Shown here: piece by piece, positions 61,511 through 64,000 of the stretch | Layout: the number at the start of each line of letters is the position of its first letter | Numbering within the stretch: the first letter of the stretch is position 1 | Source: Terriglobia bacterium | GTDB taxonomy: Bacteria; Acidobacteriota; Terriglobia; Bryobacterales; Bryobacteraceae | DNA length: 64,000 nucleotides | Reading direction: 5' to 3' | Assembly (NCBI GenBank): GCA_025350105.1 | Contig: JANXYJ010000176.1 | Location: 6,183-70,182, forward strand | The notes under the pieces: model-generated | Database searches by the model: none | Told to the model about the DNA's origin: nothing | Seen by the model: only the letters and a program-made list of their open reading frames with translations | Program-made: the position numbers and the translations under genes

Positions 61511-62941
61511 ATGAGCAGCGTGCCCATTCCAGACGCCGCCGGCGGTAAGGCGCCGGCCGGCAATTCAGCGACGACGCCCCTTTCCGCCTTCGATAGCATC
61601 GCGCACCACCGAGAGATCATGGGCCACCCGGCCGGCCTGTTCGTTCTCTTTTTCACCGAAATGTGGGAGCGGTTTTCCTACTACGGCATGCGCAGTCTGC
61701 TGGTCTTGTACATGGTGGATTCGCTGATTGGCCGGGTCCGCGACGGCTCCCTGCATGTTTATGGATTCGCAGGAATTCAGGGTCTTTACGGACAATTGGC
61801 GGCGCAGCCCATGGCGTCCCGAATATACGGACTATACACTTTCCTGGTCTACTTCTTGGGACTCTTCGGCGGCATGATTGCGGACCGTTGGTTAGGGCAA
61901 CGCAAAACCGTGATCCTAGGTGCATCGCTGGCTGCCATAGGGCATTTTTTAATGGCGATTGATTCCATGTTTGTGATCGCCCTCGCTTGCATTTGTGCTG
62001 GTATCGGGTGCTTCAAACCGAACACGACCTCCCAAGTCGCCAACCAATATCCTCCGGGTGACCCGCGACTGGATCGTGCCTATTCCATCTACTATGTCGG
62101 TGTGAATCTCGGTGCGTTTATCGCCCCGTTCATTTGTGGAACCTTGGGCCAGCGTGTGGGCTGGCACTACGGCTTTGGCGCAGCAGGAGTCGGCATGCTG
62201 TGCGGCCTGCTGTTGTATTTGTGGGGCGGCAAATTCCTGGCCAAGGACCAGTTAACCCGCACAAAGCAATCGAATTCAGAACAGGCACCTCTTAGCCCGC
62301 GCGACTGGAAGGTGATCGGTGGCCTGGTGATTCTGATGCTGCTGAACGTCGTGTTTTGGGGCGTTTACGAGCAACAGGGCAACACCATGCAAATCTTTGC
62401 CGACCGTAATACCGACTGGCATATATTCGGTTGGGAAATGCCCTCCACATGGTTTCAGGCCATCAACTCCATGTTCATTTTTGGGTTAACGCCACTCTTA
62501 ACCGCGCTGTGGACGCGGCAGGCAATCAAGAAAACGGAACCCGGCACCATCACCAAAATGACGCTAGGCTGCGTGTTTTTGGGCGTCTCATTTCTTCCTC
62601 TGATGTGGGTAGCCCGAGGGCTGGGCGAGACGCAGCGAATCAGCTTTCTTTGGCTGGTCTTAGCTACCGCGGTCGTAACGCTCGGCGAACTATTCCTCTC
62701 GCCAACCGGCTACTCGTTGGTAACCAAAGTGGCTCCGCCTAGACTCGTAGGAGCATTGATGGGTATGTGGTTCATGGCCAACGCCTTTGGTAACTATATG
62801 AGCGGCTACCTAGGCACGTTCTATGAACAGATCTCGCGGCAGTCGTTCTTCACTCTGATGTTGGCGCTAAGCGTGGCCTCTGGACTCGTGATTTGGGTGC
62901 TAAGCCGAGCCCTGCGAAACGCGGTCGGCGGAAACGCCTAG
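61511..62941 (+). CDS. POT/PTR2 family di-/tripeptide:proton symporter
   Basis: 476 aa. The PTR2 signature ERFSYYGMRSLLVLYM is present, along with FGGMIADRWLGQRK and an MFS topology. Confidence 0.9.
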   Translation: MSSVPIPDAAGGKAPAGNSATTPLSAFDSIAHHREIMGHPAGLFVLFFTEMWERFSYYGMRSLLVLYMVDSLIGRVRDGSLHVYGFAGIQGLYGQLAAQPMASRIYGLYTFLVYFLGLFGGMIADRWLGQRKTVILGASLAAIGHFLMAIDSMFVIALACICAGIGCFKPNTTSQVANQYPPGDPRLDRAYSIYYVGVNLGAFIAPFICGTLGQRVGWHYGFGAAGVGMLCGLLLYLWGGKFLAKDQLTRTKQSNSEQAPLSPRDWKVIGGLVILMLLNVVFWGVYEQQGNTMQIFADRNTDWHIFGWEMPSTWFQAINSMFIFGLTPLLTALWTRQAIKKTEPGTITKMTLGCVFLGVSFLPLMWVARGLGETQRISFLWLVLATAVVTLGELFLSPTGYSLVTKVAPPRLVGALMGMWFMANAFGNYMSGYLGTFYEQISRQSFFTLMLALSVASGLVIWVLSRALRNAVGGNA

Positions 62942-62958
62942 TATATGCGCGGCCGAAT

Positions 62959-63468
62959 TCACCGATAGCCCCACAAAACCCAAATCGCGGGAGCCAGCAC
63001 CGCCGGTAACAAAGTAATCCCCGCCGAAAACATCAGGCCCATCCGGAATACTCTGGGGCGAACCGTGGCGGTACGGCGAGTGTCTCCGCCGCTCCACAAC
63101 AGTTCACTGATCCAACCCAAGGTGTAAATTACATTGGCCGAGACCACGTACATGAAGATCGCGAAAACCGATTGCACGCCATCGGTGGCCGACGGGATCC
63201 AGCTCAGTACCAGAAAGATCAGCACCAGGCTCACCGTGCCAGCCGCTAACAGAATTAGGTTGAATAAGATGCGTCGTATCTCCCACCAAAGAATGGCATC
63301 CAAAGGACGTAGCTTCGTCGTGCTTGTGTCCGGTTCCGGCAACGCCGATCGGGTCCAGTCCGTGCTATCGCAAGATTTCTTATGGGTACCCTGGCTCCAA
63401 TTGTTCGAGGTCCAATTCATGGTACGGCGCAACTGTTCGGGATAAGGCGAAGGGCCTACGCTAGGCAT
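62959..63468 (-). CDS. hypothetical membrane protein
   Basis: 169 aa. A polar N-terminus is followed by about 4 TM helices. No family recognised. Confidence 0.4.
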   Translation of the reverse strand: MPSVGPSPYPEQLRRTMNWTSNNWSQGTHKKSCDSTDWTRSALPEPDTSTTKLRPLDAILWWEIRRILFNLILLAAGTVSLVLIFLVLSWIPSATDGVQSVFAIFMYVVSANVIYTLGWISELLWSGGDTRRTATVRPRVFRMGLMFSAGITLLPAVLAPAIWVLWGYR

Positions 63469-63553
63469 AAGTTATAATCGGTGATTCACCTACTTGGGAT
63501 TAGGGCCCCCTGATCAAAATGAGCTGAAAATCAGTTGAAGACGAGATGAAGAG

Positions 63554-64000
63554 ATGAAAATTCCTGTTGGCATCGTTGGCTTTCGCGGTTACAGTGGAGC
63601 CGAATTGATCGCTTACCTAACGCGCCACCCCCATGTTGAGCCGGTTTTACTCGAACACCGGGACGTGGAAGACCGGCCACGTCCGCTCCACACAAAAGGC
63701 GCAAAGACGTTGGCATGTACCGCCGAATCAGTGCGTTCTGAGGGCCTCGTCGCCGTGTTTCTGGCGACTCCACACGACGCGTCCATGGAAATGGCCCCCT
63801 GGATTCTGGACGCGGGTGCGAAGGTGATCGATCTGGCTGCGGCATTTCGCTTAGGCACCACCGAAAACTACAAACGCTGGTATAAGGAAGATCACACGGC
63901 GCCGGTACTGTTGAAGGAAGCGGTCTACTCGGTGCCGGAATTTCATCGGGATAAGGCCAGGGGGGCCCGCCTGATCGCGAATCCGGGCTGCTACCCCACG
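63554..64000 (+). CDS. argC: N-acetyl-gamma-glutamyl-phosphate reductase (5' part; runs off window)
   Basis: It is missing from the ORF track because there is no stop in the window. ATG 63554 gives MKIPVGIVGFRGYSGAELI...LATPHDASME...ANPGCYPT (catalytic Cys motif) in one open frame to 64000. Confidence 0.9.
   Translation, partial: MKIPVGIVGFRGYSGAELIAYLTRHPHVEPVLLEHRDVEDRPRPLHTKGAKTLACTAESVRSEGLVAVFLATPHDASMEMAPWILDAGAKVIDLAAAFRLGTTENYKRWYKEDHTAPVLLKEAVYSVPEFHRDKARGARLIANPGCYPT

Overview
This is a dense chromosomal window of about 60 CDS with roughly 57-60% GC. I saw no rRNA, tRNA, CRISPR array, transposase or integrase. The gene content includes a DUF1800/DUF1501 pair, a CarboxypepD_reg protein, a TonB-ExbB-ExbD-ExbD-TPR cluster and many Pro/Gly-rich secreted proteins. 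That mix suggests a soil Acidobacteriota-like genome, but this is inference only.

Most of the window is core housekeeping:
- pyk
- aroC-def-fmt-argJ
- hom
- pyrR-pyrB-pyrC
- rel
- tgt-yajC-secD-secF running co-directionally into tonB-exbB-exbD-exbD
- two RND permeases flanking ppa
- ttcA
- an S8 protease
- a tightly overlapping dapE-asd-lysC-dapB-dapA-dapD operon
- a Ser/Thr kinase, AsmA, a POT peptide transporter and a 5' fragment of argC

Reading the gaps gave several features that the ORF track cannot show:
- a lysine riboswitch (L-box) on the minus strand upstream of the dap/lys operon
- a 13-bp tandem array whose last copy forms a perfect 12-bp stem abutting the pyk start codon, with a related array upstream of czcA
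- intrinsic terminators
- twin GTTCTAGAAC palindromes
- two small decayed toxin-antitoxin islets: vapBC with an in-frame amber codon in the toxin, and a BrnT/BrnA relic

I did not find convincing evidence for a large, wholly new multi-gene system. The most unusual candidates are:
- the repeat/hairpin element at pyk
- a translationally coupled hupE plus two-orphan-gene module
- an S8 protease with a C-terminal (N/S)VIWGT hexapeptide array and a co-transcribed polytopic membrane protein
- a beta-rich module shared by the kinase C-terminus and a secreted Gly/Tyr-rich protein

All family calls come from motif recognition by eye. No database searches were run.
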